A DNA stretch of 58,732 nt, the filler included, from Porpidia crustulata (lineage: Eukaryota), in assembly GCA_964255105.1 (NCBI GenBank). It is 6 parts of 6 records of this genome, joined end to end, with 100 filler letters (N's around TTAATTAATTAA, not from the genome) between each part and the next. Parts side by side here need not be neighbours in the genome. Positions count along the whole stretch, not along the records: positions 9,819 to 19,535 come from CAXUWE010000899.1; positions 19,636 to 29,341 come from CAXUWE010000900.1; 4 more parts are not named here. One strand, given 5' to 3'. The position numbers and the translations under genes are program-made. The notes under the pieces were generated by a model, which saw nothing but the letters and a program-made list of their open reading frames with translations, was not told where the DNA came from and searched no databases. Below, one piece after another: positions 12,560-27,043 of this stretch. The first letter of the stretch is position 1; each line of letters starts with the position of its first letter.

Positions 12560-15500
12560 TCATTGCTGCTGGACAGCAACGGTACCTCGACTACCTGAAA
12601 AGCCTCTTCCTCGTCCCCTTGACGCATCGCGGCCATTCGCGACACCTCGAAATCCACCTCTCCCTCGCCCTCGGCTTCGTGACTCAAGATTTGTCGGCGG
12701 AGGCATGTTGCTGTACGACGATGCTGGGCGGACTTCTGCACTATTATTTGACGGAGAAACTCGTCCATGGCTTCTTGCCCCATTCATGTGTCCGCCTCTT
12801 TCTCCAGTGCTGTTACCTTGTCCACCTCTTCCTCTGGAGCCATTGGTATGATCGGCGCCTCCGACGAAGCCGCCACCTCGTGGTACCAGCGAATTTCTGA
12901 TGGGCAAGTTTTGGTGTTGTCCTGCCTGCATACCGTTTAATCCTAATCCTGCTCGTCCTCCCCCCCTGGTACGCAAGCCATTCTCCTGTACGCCAAGTGC
13001 TCCGCGAAATGATCCTTGCAGCGGCCCCGGTGCTTGCGCCGGCAATAGCTGTCCGCGGCCATTTGGCCCCATCGGCGCACCGTAGCCGCTCACCATTGAA
13101 GACTGTTCCACAGGCTGTGGTCTATGCATCTCGGCAGCGCGTGATCCCGAAATCAGCTGTCGGCTGGTAATGTTCAATACCGAATGTGTAGGTACGGTAG
13201 AACCTCGAAACGGTGAGCACCTGTCCTCAAGCGTGGTTCCACTCATGAAAGTGAGGTCAAAGACCACATCAAGTAATGTGGTCCGGGCCGTTCGAGTCAT
13301 CCCAACCACAGTTCCCTGCGTTGCAATGGGCACTCTGCCTGAATCCTGTACATACACAATCCGATCTCCGAGGTCAAACGTCTGACTGCCCAGTCGATGC
13401 TCGGCATCCGAAGGCTTGAGAAGTGCGTTGCGTGGTACGCCATTGATCTTTCGATTTTTGGCACGCTTGGGAGGATCATCCACTACAACATCATCTGCAG
13501 CCTTTTCGATCTTGTTCACCACTTCCGAGTCCAGTTGGGCTGCTTCTAGAGGTACTTTCTGAAAACTCTTGGATTCAACCGATCTCAACCATGCCTGGAT
13601 CTCCTTAATCTTAGAGCTAGCTTCCTCCTTTGGGAAGAAATCGGTAGCCTCATATGTATTACCCTGTGGATTCCGCTGAATTCCTGCAATGAACCCTGGA
13701 AATTTTACCATGTACTGTTGAAGCAGAGATATGGCTTTTTCGCTAAACTCCCAACCAGTCTGTCCTCGTCGTGAGTAGCCGAGAACTTTCAATTTCTTAG
13801 CCTCAAACTTCAAGTTCAAGCCTAGGTTAACACGGCTGTCGTCCAACTCGACTTGGAAGGCTGACGTGATTTTACTTAGAACCAAAGGGTTCAGACCCAA
13901 AGCCCTAGCCACAGCAAATGATGGCGTATACGGCGAATGACGTTCTGCATTCGCTGCAATTTCGCGACCAAATTCTGATGTACCATTTATTGTTGATACC
14001 CACACAACAATTTTATTACCTATGTGACCCTCGACCTGAAGAGGCCTACCATAGTTGAAGTCGCCTAGAAAGAATGCTCTGGTGCCAATTGGGAATTCTT
14101 CCTCAATGGGCAGTGCGGCCTTCTCTATGAATCGTTGATCTTTGCTGACAACTTCTCCTACCACCATCTGAGAGGCATAATCCACTTCAATTCCAGGAAT
14201 CTGTGCATACTCTTTTATGGTGGCACCTTCGTCCGTTTTCTTCAAACCTTTGAGCATTTCCACGTGAACCAAAGATTCGACCGGTCCGATTATCATCCCC
14301 AGTCGCTTGCTATATGATGATTCAATGCGCTCAGCCTTCCTGCGCCACATATCAATTTCCTGCGGACCATGAGGAATCGCAACAGGCAGACCACTTCCAC
14401 CGTGAGCCAGACTGTAATTGAACAACTCATCTGATACCCGGACTATTCGGGCTTCTGATAGGAAAGGATAGCCTACGTGAACGCTATGGCCAAGTCGTGA
14501 TTTTGCTGACTCGACTTTCGAGCGCTTCTCTGGATCTAGCATTGTGACCACCATACTCTCATTCCGGCTGTCCTGCTGGAATACATTTACACTGTGGAAT
14601 CCAAGACCCCCTGTGTGAGGCAATGTTTTCAAGCTAGGGAAGCCCGCAAGTGCGCTCTCGCCAAGCTTGACCCCGTCCATCAACCCAACGTAGAAATCTA
14701 AGCCTTCGATCGTAGGAAGGTCGAAGATGTTTTCAATGCAATGGCAATGTGGCAGATCTGGGAAGATGCCTACCAGTGATGTAGGAAAAGTAAAGTCCAC
14801 TTCTGGGGCGTACGAGAATTTGAGTGTCACCCCAAACTCGTTCCTATCTTTTTCTGCTTGAGACAATAAGTAATCTTTCGTTTTCATCGCTGGCAATAAT
14901 CGCTCCTCATCAATGAATGGGATTTTAACCACGGCTTCCCACTCCATTTTCTTGCCGTTCATATCAAGCTCAAAATCCCTAGGATAAAAATCGATTATGG
15001 GTGAGTCAGCATTTGTCATTAGATCGTGATATGGCATTGGGACTATGCGTTTGCTGCGGTCAGGTAGAACACCCATCAACTGCTGATATGGTCTGAAAGG
15101 TTGGCCAAGTCTAAAATTCATGTTCGCTTTCAGTCCTCGCTTTACATCTAAGACATGTGAGCTAGCCTGAATAGACTGGATGACGGGATATGGTGGTCTT
15201 GACCTGAGATCATCGGAGAGTAGTGGTAGCCATAGAACCATGGCCACGAGGCCACACCTCGATAGTAATAAAATAACACCCATTGTAGACCCTGAACGTA
15301 ATTCTCGGCAAGTTTCCGCAACTCCTCTTCGCTGCCTAGGCCCCACGCAAACTTCCCCTTGTAATACTCATTTTTCCAAGCCTGAAACTTTTGTTCATAT
15401 TTCTTATCCATTTCTTCCTGCACCTCTTCTGGCGTTATGTCGACAACTTTTGCATTATCATATCGCTTAATGACTCGTAGGAGGGCAATCTGCGCTTCTT

Positions 15501-16978
15501 CGTCCTCGACATCTTCGTCATCATTGTCGCCTTCTAATCTCGCCGGATAGTCCAACCGAAGATGTCTTTGGCCATGTCTGTTTTCTAAAGTCTTCCATCG
15601 AAGGCGCAAGTCATCTGCCAGCTCCTCGACAAACTTCCGATCTTGAGCATTAAGGCTTGGATCAAGATCGAGTGATTTATGCTGATTTGAAATATCGACG
15701 AACCGGCTATTAATGTATTGCTTCACATTTTTGAATATTGCCTTCTGACGGGTAGATATTGTAAGTTGACTCTTCTGCCTATCCCTCGTCTTACCCTTCT
15801 CCATTACGTCCACTTTGCCCATTTGTTTGCCTCTGAACCAATTTGCATCCGAGTTTTCCGATTCAAAAAAGCGGTACTCAACGTCCGATAGCTCCTCCAA
15901 GAGCAGCGCCAGTCGCTCCAAGTTTATAACGCCCAGTTCATTTATATAGCCGCCCGCTTTCGGTAATACGGATTTGTACACTTTGAACATGAGCGCAAGA
16001 GCGCCTTCGTTTATGTGTAAATTCGGAAGATTGGGCAAAAAGTCATTACCTACAAAGAAGGCCATAAGTATGAAATCATCAATTACTCGTTCCATGTCGA
16101 AATCGAAACCCGGGACAGATGTGTCTTTGAGCTCTTGGAATTCTAGCTCCAGATATTCTCGCACAACGCAAAGGTGCATAAGGTAGAAATTTTGGTGCTC
16201 AAGCTCCTTTGACTTCTTCTGATCCTTGCGACCAAATGAGACCTCTTCTCGGAGCAGACAAAAGTGTGGATCATGGCTGAGTAATCCCAGCATTATAAGA
16301 TCAGCATCGAGGCCATAGAGACAGTGTCTGATATTCGGATCATAATTCGGCTGAGCTTTCGCGAGTCTTATGTACTCCATGATCTTATGTTCCCCCTCGC
16401 CTGGTACTTCATGCCCTGATAGTACTATTTCAACTCCTTGCCAGTCGACATCTTCAGAAACCTTTTTATTGATAAAATACTTGAGCTGTTGCGTCAGTTT
16501 CGCCATGAACTCCGTTCCTACTTGCATAAGCTTCACAGTCAGGTTCGAGAGAGGCACATAATTGAAAATTACCCGGTGTAATACAGTTACTATCAAAGGC
16601 ATCCTCTACGGGCATTTGAACACCCTCCTTGAGCGCCTTTTCCTTTGCGTTCTCTGCATCCAAAGCGGTTCTGAAACGTCTTGCTCTCTGCTGATTCATC
16701 TTAGCCCGAGGAGCTACACCGTCAATTGCCATAAAGAACAGCTGCTTCGGTTGTATCTTCCCAAACAGATGTTCAATGTAGTTGAAAATTTGTATGAACA
16801 TCTTTTCCTCAGTCATCCGGAACGTCGCAGAATCAGAATCACTGTGTGTACAGTTGTGGATAATGCCATTCATATCGAGGTACAGACAGTCGAACTCTGG
16901 GATCCGATTCTCTGCTATGAGCTGCGAGATCGCCGGATACCTCTCACTCATCCATCTGAAAAACTTTGGGACACCCAT
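12560..16978 (-). CDS. XRN1: 5'-3' exoribonuclease 1
   Basis: MGVPKFFRWMSERYP, YLDMNGIIH, DGVAPRAKMNQQR.RRF, FDSNCITPGTEFM, PGEGEHKI, GLDADLIML, GNDFLP, plus the long C-terminal extension typical of Xrn1 rather than Rat1. Introns 16572-16518 and 15203-15148. Confidence 0.97.
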
Positions 16979-17596
16979 TTTTGTTACTTTGCTTAGCTGT
17001 TGGAGAGGGTGGTGCTCCGTGATGTGTGCGACAAATATTTAGGGAACACCACTGATTTTGAAAAGGGACGGTAGGCAAGAGAAAATATGATACCAGCAAA
17101 ATTACCCTGCATCAGCAACAGCTTTGCATGAACGCCGTGGTAATATGAAAGGAAGTCAATCATTAATGAACGTATAAACCTTATTGTTTGACCGTGCCCA
17201 AAGCACGATGCATTCGGCGAGGCGACTTCCCAGCGGGCAAAAATACACTACTGCATGGACTAGATTAGCATGTCGTATTGATAACTGACGCGATAATCGC
17301 GTAGTCCTACACCAGGAGGTGTCGAAAGTAACTGAACAGCTTGAACGGATTACCCTCATAAACGCATTCCAAACTCTCTTAAACCGGAAACATGTTTGCC
17401 TGAAGAAGTAGCGCGCGGAGTCAACCATTGCTAAGCCGCGTCTGCTGGGCCGTGTGCGCCACAGCCCTACCGCACCTCTACTTGAAGTTTGAGTATACCA
17501 AGTAGGAAATTCAAGGCCGGAATTGACAAGCAGTGATTGAGCAGTGAGACTGATATACATCAATCTGTTTGGTCCACCGTCTCTGATCTGGTCAGA

Positions 17597-19128
<1,532 letters not shown>

Positions 19129-19535
19129 GATGTACGAAAAGCTTGACGCCTATGGCGGGATGTGCCCACGACAATGCAATGTCCGCTGAAAGATGAGATC
19201 ACAGGCTTGCACTGCCATACCACACCAGCGTCTTCAAAGAGTGCTATTATTTCCGGACTTGTCGGTCAACTGTAGGAAAGGGTTGCGACAGCATCACCGG
19301 GCAAAATTATGTATTTAATCTAAAGTGGAAAAACTTAAGCAAGTAGGTACTGAATAATTGTTTTGTGAAGTATCATAGTAGATAGTCCGTTCATCAGCAT
19401 GGGAGAAGACGAAAATACCGCCGAACTGGCAATTATAAAGCCAGGAAATGCTGACCTGTGGCACCTATCCAAGGTATGGTAGATATCGCTGTGTGCAAAT
19501 TGGTATGGCCGATTTTTGAATTTAGCGAAAACGAA

Positions 19536-19635
19536 NNNNNNNNNNNNNNNNNNNNNNNNNNNNNNNNNNNNNNNNNNNNTTAATTAATTAANNNNNNNNN
19601 NNNNNNNNNNNNNNNNNNNNNNNNNNNNNNNNNNN
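19536..19635. other. Artificial contig spacer
   Basis: N44-TTAATTAATTAA-N44. Confidence 0.99.
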
Positions 19636-20770
19636 GAAATGAATAGCGATGACGGGGTGGGGATCCGAGGACGTGATGCACCAAAGTAGGGGTCTATCTT
19701 GGGATTCGGGAGATGATAATCCCCTTCTACAGTACTAGTACTCTAGTAGCCCATCAGACCACAACAATAATCCGCTCCCCGGCAACCATCATAGTCCGCT
19801 CCTGATGATCCACCCCCCCCAAAAAACGTGATGAATCCTCCAGCCAGCTCAGTGTCTGAGAAGATCGGTTTCATAGGGTAACACCTAATCTCTCACAGGA
19901 ACAAACACACTGGGAGCTGACTGCCACTAATGGCTATTCGGTTAGTTGCTTCTCTGATAGGCTAAAGAGATAAAACAGATATGAGGGTGCCGAGGTACCT
20001 AGCCGGAACATCAATATTGATTTGTGGCTTAATGGCGCCCAGAGACATGATCGACCATTCTGCTTGCCGGCAATAGAATCAATTCATCTTACCAATCTTT
20101 CCAACTATCGACTCTGAAGAATTGCGCAAGGGAAAGAGAGAAGATATGTTTGCCCTCGATGTCTCCTTGCGATGGACGGCGGCGGGCGCAAACCCTTGAA
20201 TTGTCTTGACACTACTCAACTCACTAAGGTATCTATCTTACATCCCGTGGACGGCTGCTGACGCCGTTGACGCGGGTCTTTTCCCAATCGGGCGAATCCT
20301 GTGCGGCTGAAGACAGGAAAACCTATTGAGCCAATCTCAGACAAGAAGAATGGCGATAGGCTTTGCTGTACCATCTTTCAACATATTCGGGTTCATAGAG
20401 AACTCGTGCGCACTCACTTGAAAACATCTAATAATACTCCAAACTCATGCAGGTCACTGCAATGACCCTGGCAATCGTCACCCGAATGCCACATTGGTTC
20501 GCTTCGTGCGTCTAGAAAGCACCCTCGAAATATCTATTCACGCTTCTGCTTCTCTCTTCTCCTCCCTGGCTCAATTCATCCCAATTGCATACTTCTGAGC
20601 ACATCCTGTGTCGCGATGAGATGTCTGCAGCTGTCCACGTCTTAAGTTAAAGCTCAATTGGAGTGCGAAATCCTCCAGAGCCATTGGCAGTTTGTAATCC
20701 AGCAAAAGCCCTACAGCCTTGTCGTGTGGTAGGCGAGGTCGAGCTCTTGAACTGATTCGCAGTCCAAACC

Positions 20771-23700
20771 ATGGACCGCATGCCCGATAACGAACCTCCC
20801 ACTTTACGCCATGAGCCCTCAAGTATGTCAGACTACTCGGTCGACTCCAGCTCCACTGTTGTCGGATCGCCGTTGTCACCGATCCAGCACCGTGCCAGCT
20901 ATCGTCGAGTGTCGTCATTCGGAGGACGAGAGTTCGCAGCCAAAGGCATAGGACAATCGAACCAGGTCCCTAGCGCAATTGAAGAGAGTTCCGTTGCACG
21001 TGGCCTGGGGATCCAAAATATTGAGAATGCGCGGCAGGCATCGTTTCGAAAAGGACATCTTGCGAATAAGAGCGATTCTGGTACTCCGAAGTCAGCCGAT
21101 CCACTATTATCGCCTCCGTCAGCTCAGCTAGGCAAATCGCACTCTGCCAAAAAGGACTACGATAACCCGGAAGATCCTTATGACTTCTCCTTCAGCCAAT
21201 TCTCGACCCCGTCACTACCCCAGCCGTTCTCGGCCGATTCGGAGTATGAGAGTCTCTACAAAAAGAGCGCATCTACTTCTGTTGGACAAGACGGTACCCC
21301 CGGTACGTGAAATATATGCCAGATGAGAGCCAAGGGTCTTTCATTACCTTCGAGATCCAGAATTCCTTCTTACAGTATTGCTATACTCCTAGCATGATAG
21401 CCACTACTTCTCCAAAACGGCTCACTACTGTCGCTGTAGCAAAAATTGTGGCAAGCATGGTTGCTAACGCACGTCTCTAGAATCGAGTTCGAGCGTCTAC
21501 TGCGATGCGGACAGGAACATGAAGGCAGATCGAAGGAGCTGGCTTTACATTGCAATCATGATGCTGGCAACCTATTCGACCATCTTCTCCGGTCTTTGGC
21601 TATACGTTGCTTGCGCCAAGCCGCGCTATGGCCGTCAGATAACAAGCAAAGGCGGCCTTTCGTACTCAACCGCGTCTACGCTCTTTGCCGCCTTCGCCAA
21701 AACCATCGAACTCTCTTATGTCGCTGTCTTTGTGGCTTTCTTAGGGCAGGTCCTCAGTAGAAGAGCACTGGTACGCAAGTCAAAGGGAATTACAATTGCC
21801 GAGATGTCAATGAGGTTATGGATCACCCAGCCGGGGACCATCTTTACTCACTGGGAAACAGTCCGCTACGCTGCATTCACGCTGCTCGGGGGACTCTGTA
21901 TTCTGGCTACCCTAATGGCAATGGTATATACAACCGCGTCGGATACTTTAGGTTGGTTCAATTCTTTTCATGATAAAGATTGTTTCTTCCAATGCACGAA
22001 GTTCCAGCCAATAGTCACTTCCGAACTCATGGTTGCCTTTGAACACTTCGTTTTGACAGAATCTTTTGTTCCCAATCGCGCCAAATAAAGCACGCCCGTA
22101 GCTAACATTGAGTCTATCCTGCTATATTACGAAGCTCCTCTTCAGTGCTAACGGTGTCTAGTATCACCCAAGCTCAAATGGGGGGAAGCTCCAGAACATA
22201 GAATTTATGGCGAAGTTACAACCTCGTTTGCCAACATACAACACATTCGAAGTAATTGTCGAACGCCCATATCCAGGGCAAATGATCCAGAAGGTACTGA
22301 AAGCAGTACCTGCGGTCAGCTTGAGCATGCTGGGCAAGCGTAAGTCTTTCGACCCTGGGTAGAAATCCAATAGTAATCCTCCAAAACATAGATATCATAA
22401 CTATATGCAGTACCTCAGTCTTTGGAGTGCCAAACAGGATCCCGAAAAGGACTACACCAATCTCAATACGAGGCCACGTCCAGTCGCGGTGATGAACGAT
22501 AGCACGTCTGTAGAAGGTAGTTGGATACATGTACAGAACATGACTGAGATTTCCATGAAATATAATCGGATCATTAATAATATATCGATGGCAATGCCTC
22601 ACACGGGGGTTGTAGGAGCTTCGCACAACCCCATGAACAATAAAAGAATTCATGAGCCGGACGATACCGTTAGTCATTTCTTCGATATTCCAAGTTTCCT
22701 AGATGTTCAATCGCTGACTGACACGAATCCAGGGCCTAGGGTCCTATAATCTAAGAGCATCCGTGCCATCACCTGCACTAAATGTCCTATGTGCGAATTT
22801 GAGCAAGGAGGAGCTCGCACCAATGGTCTTTAACATGTGGCCAGGCTACAATTCTTCCAAAGGCAATATCGAAAGTTTTCCGGCTGGCTTTGAACTTCCT
22901 ACCTACCCAAACTGGGGTAATCAAACCTCGGTGGACGATATTTTTGGATTCGGGAAGGAACACGGTCGACGACACCCAGTGTTTGCGAAACTGCCAATGC
23001 AATACAATACCGTTTTTAACAACAGTGGGTGGTTTACAGACACAGTCTACGTACTTGCTGCTTCCCCTGCTTCAACCTACATGATGTGTTCACTCCGAGT
23101 GGCTCAAACGCCGGTTTGCTCGACTGAGTATACGAATACTATGGCAATGCAGTCCTTGGTCACAAATTGCAATAATGCCACGGATGACCTTGCTTACAGC
23201 CGGACTGTTCCAAACGCTACAGATGGCGTCTGGATCCCTGACTGGGCTTCGGTGGGAACGGAATGGGGAGAATCGATCTCCTTGGGCGTCGGCTTGTCCG
23301 ATGGGAATGCCAGCAACGCTCGACTGCTGACTCAACTTATTCCCACCTCTTACTCTCTTAGTTCCACGAAGCCTTCCATCGCGGAAGCTCTTGCGGTTCT
23401 GGCCGGGTGCACGTTGATGCTCAGCGCCGAGGATGCTCCCTATATCCATTACTGGAACCACACACCGGACATATCTACTCTTGACTACCCCGAATACCAA
23501 AGTTTCCGCGCTATGGTCTCCACGCAGGAGTACGAGTCCGGCAGCACCCAACCCTGGCAGAATATCTTCTACCTCGTCCTCATCATCGTCTTCGCCACCA
23601 ATCTCATGTGCTTCTTTTACTTCTTGATCCGCGGCGGCCCCGTCACCGACTTCACCGAACCCCCGAATCTCTTCTCGCTCGTCATCAACTCCCCATCCAG

Positions 23701-23938
23701 CGATGTGCTCGAAGGCAGTTGCGGGAGCGGACCTCAGAAGGAGCAGTTCCGCGCGACGTGGCACATCAAGATGAACTCCGAACGCGAACATTTATATATT
23801 GAGAACAGTGGGGGACTCGTGGAGAGGAAAAAAGGTAGGAGACCGCCAGATTCAGGAGGGTATGAGTTGGCGGACCGGGGGCGGGAGAAGCAGTATGAGA
23901 AGTTGGCAAGAAAGCGCACGAGCTTGCTAGGGGACTGA
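20771..23938 (+). CDS. Conserved fungal multi-pass membrane protein of unknown function (5 exons)
   Basis: Introns 21303-21480, 21952-22161, 22340-22391, 22669-22732 join ORFs in frame. Ser-rich N-terminus, hydrophobic helices (WLYIAIMMLATYSTIFSGLWLYVAC; FAKTIELSYVAVFVAFLGQVLSRRA), a large region with many N-x-S/T sites and a C-terminal TM (IFYLVLIIVFATNLMCFFYFLI). Confidence 0.8.
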
Positions 23939-24745
23939 TGGGGTCCGTTCACGTATCTCCTTTGTCTGATAGACATTTCTATTCTTCTGGCTTCAAGGCT
24001 TTTCAAATCCGCCATGCCGCGGCACGGGTTGCTTGTGCGGGCGATGATAAAATTATACAATGGAATACTCGGGTCTATTTCTCCTCAGGAAGTCGCGGAT
24101 ATTAGTTGATGAAGTTTATGGGTAGCTTTTGTATTTGGTAGAGGAAAAGTCTCCTAGATCTGAACTATATCTAATCCGACTGGACCTCATATTAAAGTAC
24201 TCTCATATTGTCACGAATCCGTATGCCTTAAAAGGCCTGCTTCTATCTGAACTGCGGTGTCTATGATCGGGGAGATACCACACTAGTCTTAATTTGTCTA
24301 GCTTCCGCAAGCCAAGATCTACTTTTCTTGTTTGTCTAATTTCTTACTCTATCATACATATTTCTTTCCTCGAGGAGAAGGTTGGGGTGGTTTCACATCC
24401 TCTGTTACAGTGACCTTTTCCTGTGGATTTTTATATACTTATGCTTTCACGGGGACGATGTGAAGTGTTCTGCTGGTTTAGATGTTGAAGCGTATGCGGA
24501 TACGTGGGTGCTAATGATTTCCTAGTATTTCGTGGCTCTATAACCCTTTTTTTTCTATCTAGTTGGATTCCTAGGTCCTAAATACAGCTAGTGGAGTTCT
24601 GTCTATTGGTTTGCATGTATTTGTTTTCAGTGATTTCATGTTTCTCGCAGACACTATCAACCTCTCTTCCTCTGATACCTCGTACAAAGCGTGTACCTTA
24701 CAATTGACCTATATTCGCTCATTATAACGATATAGCAACGTGTAG

Positions 24746-27043
24746 CTACGGCGATTCGGCTTTTGTATTCTGAAGCTTTGGCCAAGTGCCCCCAGGCCGG
24801 CGTTGGGCTTTACGAGGCGCAGGTCTCGCAGGTCTCAGAGCCGTATCATCATCAATCGAGGCACTATCTCTATCTGATATCTCGGAATCCGCTTCGACCA
24901 ATTCTTTGATCTTTGCCTCCGACTGTGTCATAACCTTTTTCATGTTATAGTGCACCAGCAGCGTCGGGCGAAGGAGGCGAGGGCCCTGGTCCTCGACATG
25001 CACTCGATTGCCGTATTTCCAGGTGCAATCGACAAACCGTTCGATCGGAGTCGGGGCCATGGAAGAGACACGACCCTCCAGTCTAGCGAGCGCGAATGCT
25101 CGATTTGCAGCACGTGATGATGAGTCGGAAGCGTTCTCATCCACGTCCACGGATTCTTTGGAAGACGACGAGCTTGGCGATGCTAATGAACGATCGTTTC
25201 CACGACGTTCCAATCGGCAAGGAGCACTACAGAAGCTCTCGATACCAAATAGTTTCCGTAGAGCCAACGTTCTAGGCCAATACTCTACCATATTTTGGTC
25301 CGATGGCTCGTATATCTGACATCTCCTAGGCGCGTTCGATACTTCTTCTGTGGTAATGATATCATGTTTGGCTGCGGTAGCGGCCTCTCTCTCGAGATAG
25401 AAGCTATTATACTGCAAATAGCTAGGAGCGTAGAAGTTAGGGACTCTCCGATGATCATTGGTTAGCGATATACTCCCCTCCGAACTTGAACCCATCGATC
25501 CCGTAATTTGAGCATCGTCGAAGGTATCTGGGGCTTGGCCTTGGCTCTTCGAGTAAGGATGGTTTATACTTCTTTCGTGGTCATGGGATATCACCTGGCC
25601 TAGCCATTTCACAACGCTTTCGTTTGGAACAAACTGGATATGAGACTGCTCTTTAAGAAAACTTTTGGGATGATTGTGCGTATTCTGGAAGTTTGGACCC
25701 GATTGGGCCTGCCTCAATACTGCTTCGACAAAATTGGGGAATAGCGGGGACGAGCAGTCTACTGATGTGCCATGACTGTGGATTGAGGGCGTTCTCATTC
25801 CTTGGGATTTATGAAAATTGCAAGGAATCGGAGCGACGGAGTCTAATAGCGGACTAGCTTGTTCCTGATTTGTAGGACTGAGTTCTTCTTGGGATTCTTG
25901 AACGGATCCACGCTGCCGATAACCTCGCACAACAATATATTGCCGATTAGAGCCTTCATATCTAATATTGTACATTTCGTCAGCACCGGCAACTGCGTCC
26001 TCCCAAGTACTCAAGGCACCAACTCCGGCTCCTTCATCGAAATCCTCTTCAATACTACTTTTCGCTTCGTCTTCAATATTTCCGTACTCTTCAGGACTGT
26101 CATCAGTCTCAACGACTCTCACAGTCAACCTTGGATATCTGTCTAGTCTTAAATGCGATACGTTTGATAGGGGACGATGCGAGCCAGAGGTAATAATCCG
26201 TGGATAGGGCCAAGGAGAATCGGCAACTTGGCGATCGCACTCATCTTCTTGAGACTCTGGAGGTGACAAGCTCGGCTGTATGATCTGTCCAAAATTGTTA
26301 GGCCAGGTCGCAATTTCACGTTCCAAATGGGATTCTGGAGAATCTACGCGTCGACTCAGGCCAACTGCAAAACCCCTATGATTGCTGGAGCGTCCTTTGG
26401 GGGTGAAATGAATCCAATGTCCAACTCCAATAGCATCAACTAGTCGATTGAATTTGTCATGGATGTGTCGACTACCTGGATTTGATAAGATCTGACTGAA
26501 ATGATGTATTCCCCGCCTTGGGGTAATGGGTTTTATTGGCTGTCCTGTGGTCGGGCTTCCGAGACAACCCTGGCTCAGGTCAATTTCTGAGGCCGCATGT
26601 ATCGATCCATGGCGCAGTGAATTCCCAAAACTGCTTTCAGAGCTCTCCTCCTGGATCTCAGCCTCCTTCAAATTCTCTCTTTTCTGCTGGAAACTTAGTC
26701 GAATGGTGCGAGTGACTCTTCCTCTTGATAGGACTCGGCCGAAGCGATTCCACACTCGACGAGGTGTGATTACTACCATCCGGGATTTTCGAGATGGAGT
26801 TCCAAGCTCTTGGTGATGCAGTGCGGTCCCAAGACTAACGCCATTTGATTGAGAGACAGGTCTATCCATCATACGACTATCCGAGGTCTCCTTTGCACGA
26901 TGGGCTTGATGTAGGGCTTCATTTCGGTGAGGGCTCAGCTGGGTTATGCGAGATGAGATTCGTCTTCGCAGCCTTATGAGAGAACTCTTCAAGCGCGGGC
27001 TAGAACTTGATCGATCCTGGTCTTGCCTCGAGGGAGAAGGCAT
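24746..27043 (-). CDS. Hypothetical 765-aa intronless Ser/Arg/Pro-rich protein
   Basis: Uninterrupted 2.3-kb ORF starting at ATG; no domain recognised. Confidence 0.7.
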   Translation of the reverse strand: MPSPSRQDQDRSSSSPRLKSSLIRLRRRISSRITQLSPHRNEALHQAHRAKETSDSRMMDRPVSQSNGVSLGTALHHQELGTPSRKSRMVVITPRRVWNRFGRVLSRGRVTRTIRLSFQQKRENLKEAEIQEESSESSFGNSLRHGSIHAASEIDLSQGCLGSPTTGQPIKPITPRRGIHHFSQILSNPGSRHIHDKFNRLVDAIGVGHWIHFTPKGRSSNHRGFAVGLSRRVDSPESHLEREIATWPNNFGQIIQPSLSPPESQEDECDRQVADSPWPYPRIITSGSHRPLSNVSHLRLDRYPRLTVRVVETDDSPEEYGNIEDEAKSSIEEDFDEGAGVGALSTWEDAVAGADEMYNIRYEGSNRQYIVVRGYRQRGSVQESQEELSPTNQEQASPLLDSVAPIPCNFHKSQGMRTPSIHSHGTSVDCSSPLFPNFVEAVLRQAQSGPNFQNTHNHPKSFLKEQSHIQFVPNESVVKWLGQVISHDHERSINHPYSKSQGQAPDTFDDAQITGSMGSSSEGSISLTNDHRRVPNFYAPSYLQYNSFYLEREAATAAKHDIITTEEVSNAPRRCQIYEPSDQNMVEYWPRTLALRKLFGIESFCSAPCRLERRGNDRSLASPSSSSSKESVDVDENASDSSSRAANRAFALARLEGRVSSMAPTPIERFVDCTWKYGNRVHVEDQGPRLLRPTLLVHYNMKKVMTQSEAKIKELVEADSEISDRDSASIDDDTALRPARPAPRKAQRRPGGTWPKLQNTKAESP

